Made by a program: the position numbers and the translations under genes
Notes under the pieces: model-generated
Databases searched by the model: none
Seen by the model: only the letters and a program-made list of their open reading frames with translations
Told to the model about the DNA's origin: nothing
NCBI GenBank assembly: GCA_006844605.1
Contig: SPJN01000013.1
Coordinates: 760 to 64,759 of the forward strand
DNA length: 64,000 nt
Direction: 5' to 3'
Source of the DNA: Hyphomicrobiales bacterium
GTDB lineage: Bacteria; Pseudomonadota; Alphaproteobacteria; SPJN01
Shown: positions 16,547 through 26,186 of the stretch, one piece after another
Numbering within the stretch: position 1 is the stretch's first letter
How the letters are laid out: each line of letters opens with the position of its first letter

Positions 16547-18220
16547 ATGCAGGGACTGAGCGTGTCATTTCAAATGATTTCAAAAGTTTGTATGAGGCTT
16601 GCCCTCAGTTTGATGGTCATGGCGACATTGTTGGGTGCGGGCTTGGGCACCGGCCCTGCACGCGCGCTTGACCTGACGGGGCTGAACAGTTCTGTCGTTG
16701 CGGTTCATGTCTATAAGAATGGCAGCGAAACGGCGGTTGGAACCGGGACGATCGTGTCTGACCTTGGGGATATTCTAACGTCATCAACGCTGATTGCCGG
16801 TGCCGACCAGATCAAGGTGTCAAACCCCGGCGGCACGTCAACGCTGGCTGCCCTGCACCGTGAAAACCGGTTGCTTGATATCGCGGTGATTTCCGCACCC
16901 GGACTTGATATCGCCATTCCGGCAACCATTGCACAGGGCGGCGCGGCCCCCGGTGATGGTATTTTTGCCGTCACGGCGATGACTGTGAATGGTCAGGCAG
17001 GCACATTGTCCTCCGCCCCCGGTGTGATGGGCGATATGAGCCAGTCTTCAGATGGTGCCATGATTTCCAGCCACAGTGCGGCAGTGCCGGAAAGTGGCCT
17101 TGGTGCCCCGCTGGTTAATGGCTGTGGCGAGATATTGTCAATGAACCGTGCCGCAGGCGCGGGCAATCAGGCTGCCATGTTTCAGGATATCGTCAGCTTT
17201 ATGAATGCTGCGGGCGTTGATATGCGCCAGACTACATCCGTGTGTTCAATCGGTGTGAATACGGCGGGCACTGCTGCGCCAGTGGCCCAGGCCCCCGCAA
17301 TGCAGAACATGGGGCAGGATCCGGCAGCACAATATCCGACTGCGCAAACCCCTGCCGCACCACAAGTGACAGGTTCGCAAACTGTTGACCCGGCGATGGA
17401 AGCGGCCATGAATGCCGCCCGTGACGCCCGTGTAGATGCCCAATTCGCCCGCCAGCAGGCTAATTCTGCGGAACAGGCTGCCCGGCAGGCCGAAGCTGTC
17501 TTGCAGAATATCGCAGCGTCAGGTGCTGATACCACCGGGGCCGAAGCTGCCGCCACTGCCGCGCGTGAACAGGCCAGTGCCGCCGCAGCCTATGCTGTGC
17601 AGCTTGAGCAAATTGCCAACCAGAAAGATGCACAGGTCGCCGCCATGCGCGGTGAATTGCAGGCCGCAGGTGCAGAACGCACTGTGGGGCAGGAGCAGGC
17701 TGCTGACAAACAACAGATGATGCAAATCCTTGTCGGGGTTGGGGCATTGATCGCGATTGCTGTGATCGGCTTTGTCCTGTTCAGGGTGATCAAGGGCCGT
17801 CAGTCCACAACCGAAATGCAGGAAGAATTGACCGCCGTGCGTCGTCGGACGCCGCGGACGGATCATGCCGCTGCCGCTGCGTCGGGCGGTAACAATACAC
17901 CTGATGTGGTTTTAAGTGGGCTTGATAGCGAAAATCAGCCACTGAAAGTGACGGTCTCGGGCAAGGACCTGGCCGCCAAATCCTCTATCATTGTGGGGCG
18001 CAGCCCCTCGCACGCTGATGTGTTGATCAATGATGTGGAGATGTCGCGTGCCCATGCTGCCATTCGGGTCAGCTCAAGCGGGTATATGATTGAGGATATG
18101 GGCTCTACCAACGGTACAATGGTGAACGGTGCCCCCGCCGGGCAGGGTAGTCCGGTGCAAATCCGTGATGGCGATTCAGTCTTTTTCGGTAGCGTAAAAT
18201 TGAAAGTGGAAATTTTGTGA
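16547..18220 (+). CDS. membrane protein: periplasmic trypsin-like (S1) protease-like domain, TM helix, cytoplasmic FHA domain
   Basis: The track ORF 16457 is trimmed to the ATG at 16547, which has an 'agggag' Shine-Dalgarno. Signal peptide, S1-like domain (His in 'VAVHVY', Asp in 'LLDIAVI'; the Ser context 'PESGLGAP' diverges from GDSGGP), Ala/Gln-rich linker, TM helix 'ILVGVGALIAIAVIGFVLF', C-terminal FHA (…GRSPSHADVLINDVEMSRAHAAI…STNGTMVNG). Confidence 0.7.
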   Translation: MQGLSVSFQMISKVCMRLALSLMVMATLLGAGLGTGPARALDLTGLNSSVVAVHVYKNGSETAVGTGTIVSDLGDILTSSTLIAGADQIKVSNPGGTSTLAALHRENRLLDIAVISAPGLDIAIPATIAQGGAAPGDGIFAVTAMTVNGQAGTLSSAPGVMGDMSQSSDGAMISSHSAAVPESGLGAPLVNGCGEILSMNRAAGAGNQAAMFQDIVSFMNAAGVDMRQTTSVCSIGVNTAGTAAPVAQAPAMQNMGQDPAAQYPTAQTPAAPQVTGSQTVDPAMEAAMNAARDARVDAQFARQQANSAEQAARQAEAVLQNIAASGADTTGAEAAATAAREQASAAAAYAVQLEQIANQKDAQVAAMRGELQAAGAERTVGQEQAADKQQMMQILVGVGALIAIAVIGFVLFRVIKGRQSTTEMQEELTAVRRRTPRTDHAAAAASGGNNTPDVVLSGLDSENQPLKVTVSGKDLAAKSSIIVGRSPSHADVLINDVEMSRAHAAIRVSSSGYMIEDMGSTNGTMVNGAPAGQGSPVQIRDGDSVFFGSVKLKVEIL

Positions 18221-19806
18221 TATTGCGTTTCGGTGATCGCGCCCGTTGGGGGGGTGCGTCAACCTTTGACATGATGGTGACAGGATTGGGACGGCGGCTT
18301 CCCGCATGGGGTGGAGCTGCCGCCCTTTTCATTTTCGCCTGCCTTGCCCTGACCAGCCCGGCACAGGCCCGGCTTGATGTCGATAAGGTGGAGCGGTCCA
18401 TCGTCCGGATTGAAGTGGGGCGTAGCTTCGGCTCAGGCTTTTTTGTGACAAATGATGGGGTGATCGCCACCAATTACCATGTCGTCGCCGGTGCCGAACG
18501 CATCATTATCCGGCCCAGTGGTGACGTCAGCGGCTATGAAGGCCGGGTGTTGTGGCAGTCCAAGCAAATGGATTTGGCGCTGTTAAGCGTGCAGGGCGTG
18601 ACGCGCCCGCCTCTGACCTTGTTCATGGGTGATCCGCAGCGTGCGTCGAATGTCAACGTGGTTGGCTTTTCTGCCAAGTGTGATGCGGCTGCGGGTGGCC
18701 GCACCTTGCATACCTGCGCCACCAGTGGCGTTATTTCGCTGTTGGAAAATGATCGTGCCCGTGCCCGCCGCGTCGTGCAATCCGATGCGGTGATCAATCG
18801 TGGCTCATCAGGCGGACCGTTGTTGGATGATTGCGGCCGTGTGGTCGGCGTTGCGGCGCAAGGCTATGGCGGTGCAGGGGGCGAGGCGCTGTATGTCGCG
18901 ATCCATACCACGTCGCTTGTAAAGTTTATGGGTAGTGACCAGCTGAAGCCGTTGGCCCTAAAGCCTGTCATGACGAAGACAACCTGTAAGACCAATGTCG
19001 CTGGCCCTGATGAGGAGGCGCGCAAACGTGCCGACAGCGCCAGCCGCAGTGCCGCTGATGCCAATCAAAAGGCACAGGATGCCTTGAACACGACCGCCAA
19101 GGCGCAGGCGCAGGCCGAAGCGGCCTCAAAAGAAGCGGAAGCTGCCACGAAAGAGGCAGAGCGGTTGAAGCAGCAATTAAAGCTTCAAGAAGAGCGTTTG
19201 GCGGCTGAACAGGCCAAACAGGAAGCCGAACGTGCGCGCCAGAAAAATGTCAATCTATCGATTGTGATCGGGGTCGGGGTGACGGTTTTGTTGACCCTGT
19301 TGACCCTTGGCTTGGCATTAAGACGGCCGCGCCAGCAATTGATTCAGGTGGTTGAACAGGTGTCGCGAACGGTGATGCCCTCAAACAGAAGTGCCGCCAA
19401 CAAACCGAATGATGCGGTGCGCCGCAAGTCAACAATTGCCCCCCCCGGCGCCCCTGCGGAACATGATCTGCTGTTGATTGTCACAAAACCCGATGGTCAC
19501 CAGTCGCAATATACTCTTGATGCTGCCAAGCTGGGCCAAACATGGTTCGGCGTCACCTTTGGCCGTCATAAGGGGCTGGTGGACCATGTGATCGAATCGC
19601 CGGAATTGTCACGTAGACATTTCCGTATTCGGTGGCAAAATCAAGGCTTTGAAATTGAAGACCTGAATTCAACAAACGGAACGTTGTTGAACGGTGTCGC
19701 GCTTTTAGCCTATAAGCCGAACAGGCTGAGGATGGAAGACGAGATCAAGCTGGGCCGCGTCAAGGCGCGCGTCAGCAAGGTCAAACACGAAACCGGAACA
19801 AAATAA
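18217..19806 (+). CDS. membrane protein: periplasmic trypsin-like serine protease (canonical triad), TM helix, cytoplasmic FHA domain
   Basis: GTG start at 18217 overlaps the upstream stop (GTGA); an alternative ATG lies at 18271. Signal peptide. 'TNYHVV' (His), 'MDLALL' (Asp), 'GSSGGPL' (Ser). Coiled-coil Ala/Glu-rich linker, TM helix 'IVIGVGVTVLLTLLTLGLAL', C-terminal FHA (…SRRHFRIRWQNQGFEIEDLNSTNGTLLNG). Confidence 0.75.
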   Translation: MILRFGDRARWGGASTFDMMVTGLGRRLPAWGGAAALFIFACLALTSPAQARLDVDKVERSIVRIEVGRSFGSGFFVTNDGVIATNYHVVAGAERIIIRPSGDVSGYEGRVLWQSKQMDLALLSVQGVTRPPLTLFMGDPQRASNVNVVGFSAKCDAAAGGRTLHTCATSGVISLLENDRARARRVVQSDAVINRGSSGGPLLDDCGRVVGVAAQGYGGAGGEALYVAIHTTSLVKFMGSDQLKPLALKPVMTKTTCKTNVAGPDEEARKRADSASRSAADANQKAQDALNTTAKAQAQAEAASKEAEAATKEAERLKQQLKLQEERLAAEQAKQEAERARQKNVNLSIVIGVGVTVLLTLLTLGLALRRPRQQLIQVVEQVSRTVMPSNRSAANKPNDAVRRKSTIAPPGAPAEHDLLLIVTKPDGHQSQYTLDAAKLGQTWFGVTFGRHKGLVDHVIESPELSRRHFRIRWQNQGFEIEDLNSTNGTLLNGVALLAYKPNRLRMEDEIKLGRVKARVSKVKHETGTK

Positions 19807-22773
19807 ATGGCTTCTGAGCATACAAATGCCCTACCGCGTGGTTATCGCATTGACGAGTATGAACTCGTCCGTGTGCTGGGGGCCGGTGGGTTTGGCATCA
19901 CCTATCTTGGGTTTGATCACAATCTTGATAAGCAGGTTGCGATCAAGGAATATTTGCCGCGTGAATTGGCAACCCGTATAGATGGCTCAACCGTTGCGCC
20001 ACATTCGTCGGGCGATCAGTCCGATTTTGAATGGGGGTTGGACCGCTTTTTGGAAGAAGCGCGGGTTTTGGCCCGGTTCGATCATCCCAATATTATCAAG
20101 GTTTATCGTTTTTTCCGTAATCACGGCACCGGTTATATCGTGATGGATTACGCGGAAGGTGAAAGCCTGTCCGCCTATTTGGGGCGTCAGGGCACCATCA
20201 CCGAACCGCAATTGCGCGGTATCTTGATGCCGTCCTTGTCGGGTCTGAATATGATCCATGCCGGCGATGTGCTGCACAGGGATATCAAGCCGGGCAATAT
20301 CATGATCCGTACCGATGGTACGCCGGTCTTGATTGACTTTGGTGCTGCCCGTCAGGCGATGAACAATAAAAGTCTGTCTGTGACGTCTATTGTGACGCCC
20401 GGCTATGCCCCGATTGAGCAATATTCCACCAAGGGCAATCAAGGCCCGTGGACGGATATTTATGCGTTGGGGGCTGTTGCCTATCGCTGTTTGATGGGCC
20501 ACACGCCTGAGGATGCGACGGACCGTATTCTTGATGATGAAATGGTGCCCGCGGTTGAAGCTGCCAAGGGCAAGGCCAGCCCGGAATTTTTGGCTGCGAT
20601 TGATGCGGCATTGGCAATACGCGAGGCTGATCGACCCCAAACGATTGCCGATTGGATCGAGATGTTCGGTGAAGTGCCCGAAAATGTCTTGTCTATCGGC
20701 GGTGGTCGCAGCCGCAGCAATGAAACCAGTCGTTTGAATGTGTCATCTGGCGAACCGAAATCCGGTGGCGGCAGCAAGACGGGCCTGTTTGTCGGGCTTG
20801 GGTTGTTGGTCGCCGCGGGGCTTGGTGCCGGTGGCTATTTCGCCATGGGCGGCTTTGGCGGTGGCGATGGTGGCAGTACAGCTGGTGGTGGGCAGGGCAC
20901 AACCGCCGCTGTGCCGCAACAGGCCACTGTGGCCTTGACCGCAGAACAGATCACAACCGTGCAGGCGCAACTCCTCGCGCTGGGCTATCGCGTTGCAAAG
21001 AACGGTGAAATGGATGCGCGCACCAAGTTGGAACTGACGCGCTTTCAAATGGAAAAGGGCTTGCCCCAATCCGGTGTTGCCGATGCGCCCACCATGCAGC
21101 GTTTGAAGGTTGAACGTGATCGCGTGGATCAAAAGGCATGGCTTGAAGCATCCGGTGGTCATACGGTCAGCGGCTATGCTGCCTATTTGAAGGAATGGTC
21201 AGACGGGAATTACCGGACGCGGGCAGAAGCGGCGATCAAACAATTGCAGGCCGATGAAGCGCGCCTGAACGAGGCTGAAAAGCGGGCTGCGCAATTGGCC
21301 AAGGATGATGATGCCTATGCCAAGGCGCAAGGCCAGCACACACTTGATGCCTATCGCGCCTATTTGAAGAATTTCCCCAAGGGACGCCATGTTGCGCAGG
21401 CAACGCAGGCGTTTGACCGCCTGAACGCGGTTCGTAAGGCCGAAGAAAAGGCCAAGCAGGATCGTGCAGAAACCACACTGCGCAAGGAGGCGCAGACCCT
21501 GCTGATCCAGATGGGGTATGATGTTGATAACCGTTCAGGCCGGGCAACAACAAAAACCAACAAGGCGGTCGAAGAATTCCGGGGCGAGGTGGGCCTGCCT
21601 GTATCGTCCAAGGTGGACCTGATCTTGTTGTCCAATATGCGCCAGGTCGCCGAAGATCGTTTGTGGGCCAAAACCAAAAAGGCCCGCAGCGCCCGCGCCT
21701 ATGAAACCTATCTCGACAGTTATCCTGATGGCCGCTATGCCGCTGAAGCACGTGACAATCTGGGTAAGGCCAAGCAGATGGCTGCAATGGCGGATGCCGA
21801 AAAAACCCTGACCCGTTCCATCCAGACAGAGCTGGGACGCCTTGGTTATAAGGTGCGGACTAATGGTGATTTTGATACGGCAACCGCAACGGCCATTGAG
21901 CTGTTTGAGCAAGAAACAGGTCGCAAGGTTACCGGCGAAATGTCAGACGAGCTGTTGGCAAATCTAAAGGCCACCAAGACACGTCCGGGTAAGGAAATGA
22001 AGATTGGCGGTATCGTCAAGGATTGCGAGGCTTGTCCGCCATTGGTTGTGGTGCCGACCGGTTCATTGACCATGACAACCAAAACAAAAAAGGGTGAACC
22101 AAGCGTCCGTAAAATTGCGATTGATACGCCCTTTGCCGTTGCGGTGGCTGAGGTGACGTTTGATGAATGGGATGCCTGCGTCGCCGCCTTTGCCTGCCAG
22201 CATAAGGGTGATCCCGGCTTTGGTAAGGGGCAGCTGCCTGTGGTTGGCGTCAGCTTTAATGACGCGCAAAATTATGTCGGCTTCCTGTCTGCCAGAACGG
22301 GCAAACCCTATCGGTTGTTAAGTGAAGCGGAATGGCAGTATACCGCTGGTGCCGGTGTCAGCAGTGCCTATGCATTTGGTGACAATGCACAGGAAATTTG
22401 CGCCTATGGCAATGTTGCGGGCAAGGAATCAGGCTTTGACTGGGGCAAGGATGGCTGTACCGACCAACACGGCCAGACAACCGCCCCTGTGAAATCATAT
22501 AAGCCGAACAAATTCGGTGTCTATGACATGCATGGTAATGCTGCCGAATGGGTGGCTGATTGCTGGCACGATGATTATGAAGGCGCGCCGACAAACCGTA
22601 AATCATGGGAAAGCGGCGGTGATTGTAACTGGCGCATCCTGCGTGGCGGTTCGTGGCGCAACGCGGTAGATTACAGCACGCTTGACCGCCGCTCCAAAAT
22701 GTTCGGCGTGGTGCGGGCCAATACAAACGGTTTCCGTGTTGTGCGTGACTTGGTGGACGGAGAAGGGCAATGA
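19807..22773 (+). CDS. Hanks-type Ser/Thr protein kinase with TM helix, three periplasmic peptidoglycan-binding (PG_binding_1-like) repeats and a C-terminal FGE-sulfatase (SUMF1-like) domain
   Basis: 988 aa. The start follows the upstream stop directly. Kinase motifs 'LGAGGFGITY', 'AIKEY', 'HRDIKPGNIM', 'DFGAAR', 'APIEQ'. TM helix 'LFVGLGLLVAAGLGAGGYFAM'. Three 'LG(Y)…G.D…T' PG-binding-like repeats alternate with 'Y..YL…P.GRY' repeats. The C-terminus has 'GDPGFGKGQLPVVGVSFNDAQNY…EAEWQYTAGAG…YDMHGNAAEWV…RGGSW…GFRVVRD', typical of FGE-sulfatase. Confidence 0.85.
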   Translation: MASEHTNALPRGYRIDEYELVRVLGAGGFGITYLGFDHNLDKQVAIKEYLPRELATRIDGSTVAPHSSGDQSDFEWGLDRFLEEARVLARFDHPNIIKVYRFFRNHGTGYIVMDYAEGESLSAYLGRQGTITEPQLRGILMPSLSGLNMIHAGDVLHRDIKPGNIMIRTDGTPVLIDFGAARQAMNNKSLSVTSIVTPGYAPIEQYSTKGNQGPWTDIYALGAVAYRCLMGHTPEDATDRILDDEMVPAVEAAKGKASPEFLAAIDAALAIREADRPQTIADWIEMFGEVPENVLSIGGGRSRSNETSRLNVSSGEPKSGGGSKTGLFVGLGLLVAAGLGAGGYFAMGGFGGGDGGSTAGGGQGTTAAVPQQATVALTAEQITTVQAQLLALGYRVAKNGEMDARTKLELTRFQMEKGLPQSGVADAPTMQRLKVERDRVDQKAWLEASGGHTVSGYAAYLKEWSDGNYRTRAEAAIKQLQADEARLNEAEKRAAQLAKDDDAYAKAQGQHTLDAYRAYLKNFPKGRHVAQATQAFDRLNAVRKAEEKAKQDRAETTLRKEAQTLLIQMGYDVDNRSGRATTKTNKAVEEFRGEVGLPVSSKVDLILLSNMRQVAEDRLWAKTKKARSARAYETYLDSYPDGRYAAEARDNLGKAKQMAAMADAEKTLTRSIQTELGRLGYKVRTNGDFDTATATAIELFEQETGRKVTGEMSDELLANLKATKTRPGKEMKIGGIVKDCEACPPLVVVPTGSLTMTTKTKKGEPSVRKIAIDTPFAVAVAEVTFDEWDACVAAFACQHKGDPGFGKGQLPVVGVSFNDAQNYVGFLSARTGKPYRLLSEAEWQYTAGAGVSSAYAFGDNAQEICAYGNVAGKESGFDWGKDGCTDQHGQTTAPVKSYKPNKFGVYDMHGNAAEWVADCWHDDYEGAPTNRKSWESGGDCNWRILRGGSWRNAVDYSTLDRRSKMFGVVRANTNGFRVVRDLVDGEGQ

Positions 22774-23054
22774 TGCGCTCATACCGCATAGGCCGGGGGG
22801 CAACGTGCGAGATCATTGTTGATCATAAAAGCGTATCGCGCCTTCATGCGGAATTATCCGTGTCGGCGGATGGACGATATTATCTGACCGATTGCAATTC
22901 ACGTGCAGGATCGTTCAAACAGGATAATGGCGAATGGGTGCGGGTACGACAGTCATTTGTTGAACCGACCCAGCCGTTGAAGTTGGGAGAGCAGGAGTTA
23001 ACGGCGGAAGAGGCGATGGAGCGTCGGTCCGCCAAAATATCACATAAGGTTTAG
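22770..23054 (+). CDS. FHA-domain protein (stand-alone)
   Basis: 94 aa. 'IGRGATCEIIVDHKSVSRLHAELSV…YYLTDCNSRAGSF'. The start overlaps the kinase stop (ATGA). Confidence 0.7.
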   Translation: MMRSYRIGRGATCEIIVDHKSVSRLHAELSVSADGRYYLTDCNSRAGSFKQDNGEWVRVRQSFVEPTQPLKLGEQELTAEEAMERRSAKISHKV

Positions 23055-23092
23055 TGTGATACAAAGGGGGAATGCCAGACGGGGCTTAAATT

Positions 23093-24493
23093 ATGGCTGG
23101 TTTTTGGAAACGGGATAAAAACAAGAATAAAAAGGACAAGGGGCAAAGCAAGGTTGTTTTGCCCGATATGCCTGTGAGCGTGGCCAACCCCAAAACAGGC
23201 TTGATGGGCGCGGTTGAGCCGCTGAAACCGTTGGTTGGTGACGAGGAAGTGTCCCGCCGGTCAGAGGATGATACCGTCCAGCTTGACGTTGAAACAAAAA
23301 TGGGGATGCGCACCACCGGCACGCCCAGCCCCCGTGAAATCGATACGCCCGCTGATGATAGCGAAGAAACAATGGTGCTGGGTCGTGATGCGACGGCAGA
23401 AGCGCCCCCATCAGACGACCCTTCTGCGGGGCCAGAAAACAATCTCCCAGAAAATAACGCGGTAGAGCCAACATCGTCGGATGAAGAAACAATGGTGCTG
23501 GGGCGTGCGCCAAGCGCACCGGTGGCACCAACCACGCCGATAGAGCCAAGCGTATCTGATAACGACAGCCCGCCGATGGCTGAACCGGAAGCAGAACCGG
23601 AAACAGCAGCAACCGGTCAGGCGTCGGATGAAGAAATCACCAAGCCTGACACAGTGATCAGACCATCAAGGTCGATTAACGAGGAGCCGCTATCCCGCGC
23701 CCAGACTCTGGGCCCGAAGGTGATGGCGGATGCTGACAAATATGCCGATATATTGCCCGTCGGTGATGATGACGAAGACCCAGCGCCTGACCCAATGGTT
23801 GATGCGCACCCCGCCGCTGATCCAGCACAGGACGTAGACGCTGACGCTGATGAAGACGCTGCTGAAGGCGCAGACGCCGATACAGAAGACGCTGTAGAAG
23901 CGGACCCTGATGTCGAAAAAGATGGCGCGCTTGATAAAGAGGTAGGCGTCGAAGTCGATGACGCAGAGAACATCACCCCCGTCAGTGCCGTGAGGAAATC
24001 CGGTACGCAGGCTGAGGGTGAAGAAGAAGCAACCCGGATATTCGGTGCGCGCCGCAAGATGCAAAAACCTGTCGCACCGTTATTGGATGTAAAGGTTGCG
24101 GGCGCATCGAAGCAGACTGACCCGAACGAGGCGATGGCAGACCCGATTGTGGGCTGGTTGGTAATTGTTGACGGACCGGGCGTGGGAAACTGCCTGCCGT
24201 TGGGCTATGGCACCAACCCTGTTGGGCGTGCCCCTGAACTGCGCGTGGCGTTGACATTTGGGGATTCGCAAGTGTCCCGCGGCACCCACGCCACAGTGAT
24301 TTATGATCCCCGCGGGCGGGATTTTTATGTTCAGCATGGCGGTGGCACCAATCTGACATATCTTGATGACAAGCCCTTGCTTGAGCCAAAGCAGCTCAAC
24401 CCTCGTGATCGCATTACGATCGGTGACACGGTTCTGATGTTGGTCCCCCTATGTGACAAAAACTTTGATTGGCAGGATCTGAATGATGAGTGA
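23093..24493 (+). CDS. acidic low-complexity protein with C-terminal FHA domain
   Basis: 466 aa. D/E/P/A-rich N-terminal 370 aa containing a duplicated 'EETMVLGR' motif. C-terminal FHA ('…ELRVALTFGDSQVSRGTHATVIYD…NLTYLDDKPL'). Confidence 0.7.
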   Translation: MAGFWKRDKNKNKKDKGQSKVVLPDMPVSVANPKTGLMGAVEPLKPLVGDEEVSRRSEDDTVQLDVETKMGMRTTGTPSPREIDTPADDSEETMVLGRDATAEAPPSDDPSAGPENNLPENNAVEPTSSDEETMVLGRAPSAPVAPTTPIEPSVSDNDSPPMAEPEAEPETAATGQASDEEITKPDTVIRPSRSINEEPLSRAQTLGPKVMADADKYADILPVGDDDEDPAPDPMVDAHPAADPAQDVDADADEDAAEGADADTEDAVEADPDVEKDGALDKEVGVEVDDAENITPVSAVRKSGTQAEGEEEATRIFGARRKMQKPVAPLLDVKVAGASKQTDPNEAMADPIVGWLVIVDGPGVGNCLPLGYGTNPVGRAPELRVALTFGDSQVSRGTHATVIYDPRGRDFYVQHGGGTNLTYLDDKPLLEPKQLNPRDRITIGDTVLMLVPLCDKNFDWQDLNDE

Positions 24494-25463
24494 ATCAGCA
24501 AAAACAAGCTATCAGGATGATCGCGTCTCTGCGGACCAAATGCAGGGTGGCCGGGATTATCAGGAAGATGATTACAAAGTGTCATGCATCAGCGCCCCCG
24601 CCGACGAAACGTCAGGCGAGTTGTTGATGGTATTGGCTGACGGTATGGGCGGCCATGCCGGCGGGGCCGAAGCGTCTGACATCGCCGTGCGCTATTTCAC
24701 GGATCATTTCATTGGATCAGATGGCGCGGTAAATGATCGGTTTATGGCGGCGCTTGACGCGGCCAATAATGGCCTGGAACAGGAAGTAGAAAAAAACCCT
24801 GACCTTGAAGGTATGGGCTGCACTTTGGTTGGCCTGCACCTGACCGATCAGGGGGCGCGCTGGATCAGCGTGGGGGATTCCCCGCTTTATCTGGTGTCAT
24901 CAGGCCGGATTGTGCAAATCAATGACGATCATTCAATGGCCCCCGTATTGGCGCAATTCGTCAAGGAAGGGCGCATGACAGCGGAGGAGGCGTCGAAGGA
25001 TCCGCGCCGCAACGCCCTTCGGTCTGCCGTTGTGGGCGAGGAGCTAACCCTGATTGATCTGCCCCATGATCCCTTGCCGATCCATAAGGGTGATGTGTTG
25101 GTGTTGGCCTCTGACGGGTTGCAAACACTGCCCAATGCCAAGATCAATGACATTGTGGTCAAGCATGGCGATAAACCCGTTGATCAACTGGTTGAAAAAC
25201 TGTTGCAGGCCGTCACGGATGCGGGTCGTCGGCGGCAGGATAACACAACGGTAATGGTGTACCGTGCTGATCGGCTGCTGGGCGAGGAGCCGCGCTCAGA
25301 CGATTTGACGATTGATCCCAATTCCTTGGAAGAGGAAATGGATGCCATCATGAATGCGGGCAGCGCAGGCGGTGCAGACGAACAATTGCCTCTTGCCCTG
25401 ATTGCAGCTGGTATTGTGGCCATTGTTGGCTTGGGCGTAGTGGCCTATATGGCGCTGATGTAG
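24483..25463 (+). CDS. PP2C-family Ser/Thr phosphatase with C-terminal TM anchor
   Basis: 'LADGMGGHAGG', 'GCTLVGLHL', 'VGDSPLYLV', 'LASDGL' metal-binding motifs. C-terminal TM helix 'LALIAAGIVAIVGLGVVAYMALM'. The start overlaps the upstream stop. Confidence 0.85.
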   Translation: MMSESAKTSYQDDRVSADQMQGGRDYQEDDYKVSCISAPADETSGELLMVLADGMGGHAGGAEASDIAVRYFTDHFIGSDGAVNDRFMAALDAANNGLEQEVEKNPDLEGMGCTLVGLHLTDQGARWISVGDSPLYLVSSGRIVQINDDHSMAPVLAQFVKEGRMTAEEASKDPRRNALRSAVVGEELTLIDLPHDPLPIHKGDVLVLASDGLQTLPNAKINDIVVKHGDKPVDQLVEKLLQAVTDAGRRRQDNTTVMVYRADRLLGEEPRSDDLTIDPNSLEEEMDAIMNAGSAGGADEQLPLALIAAGIVAIVGLGVVAYMALM

Positions 25464-25583
25464 GTGCCCTAAAAAATCACCTATCGGGCGACAGATTTTT
25501 GTCGCCGCTCCGTTTAATGAATATGACCTACAGCTTTTGGGGTGTGGGATCATGTCTCTAGGATTATTGAAACGGAGCATAAA

Positions 25584-26144
25584 ATGACCCGGAAAATACG
25601 TTTTGACAGCTTGCCTGCGTCCAGTCGCCTTTTGGCTGGTGCTGTGGCCGGTATTGTGGCGCTGACAGTCACAGGGGCGGTGGTTGCTGATTCCCACGGG
25701 GAAAAGGCCAAGACACGCGCAGCGCAACAGTTTAGCGCGATGGATGCCAATGGTGATGGCAAGCTGACGCGAGAGGAAATGAAGGCCCATCATAAGGCCC
25801 GTCATGCAAAAAAGGACACCAACGGTGATGGCAAAATTAGCCGGGATGAGTTCAAAAAAGCGGGCAAAAGCGAATGGGCGGCGCGCGCAGATCGCATGTT
25901 TGACCATATGGACCGCGACGGCGACGGTTTTTTGACCGACGCTGACAAGCCGAAGGACAAGGATATGGACAAGCGCCGTGCTGCCATGTTCGACAAGATG
26001 GACAAGGATGGTGACGGTGCCATCAGCCGGGACGAAGCAGAATCTGCCCGCATGTTCATGCGTCATCATATGAAGAAAAAACGCGGTCATGATTACGATG
26101 ATCATGATGATGACGATCACAGCGGTCATTACGGGCATCGCTAA
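25584..26144 (+). CDS. secreted EF-hand calcium-binding protein with His-rich C-terminus
   Basis: Trimmed to the ATG at 25584 (Shine-Dalgarno 'acggag'). Signal peptide, then four 'D.(N/D)GDG.(L/I)(T/S).(D/E)E' EF-hand loops. C-terminal 'HDYDDHDDDDHSGHYGH'. Confidence 0.7.
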   Translation: MTRKIRFDSLPASSRLLAGAVAGIVALTVTGAVVADSHGEKAKTRAAQQFSAMDANGDGKLTREEMKAHHKARHAKKDTNGDGKISRDEFKKAGKSEWAARADRMFDHMDRDGDGFLTDADKPKDKDMDKRRAAMFDKMDKDGDGAISRDEAESARMFMRHHMKKKRGHDYDDHDDDDHSGHYGHR

Positions 26145-26186
26145 ACGCTTATCACGGCCAAGTCAGGCGCGTATGCTGCTTTCATT

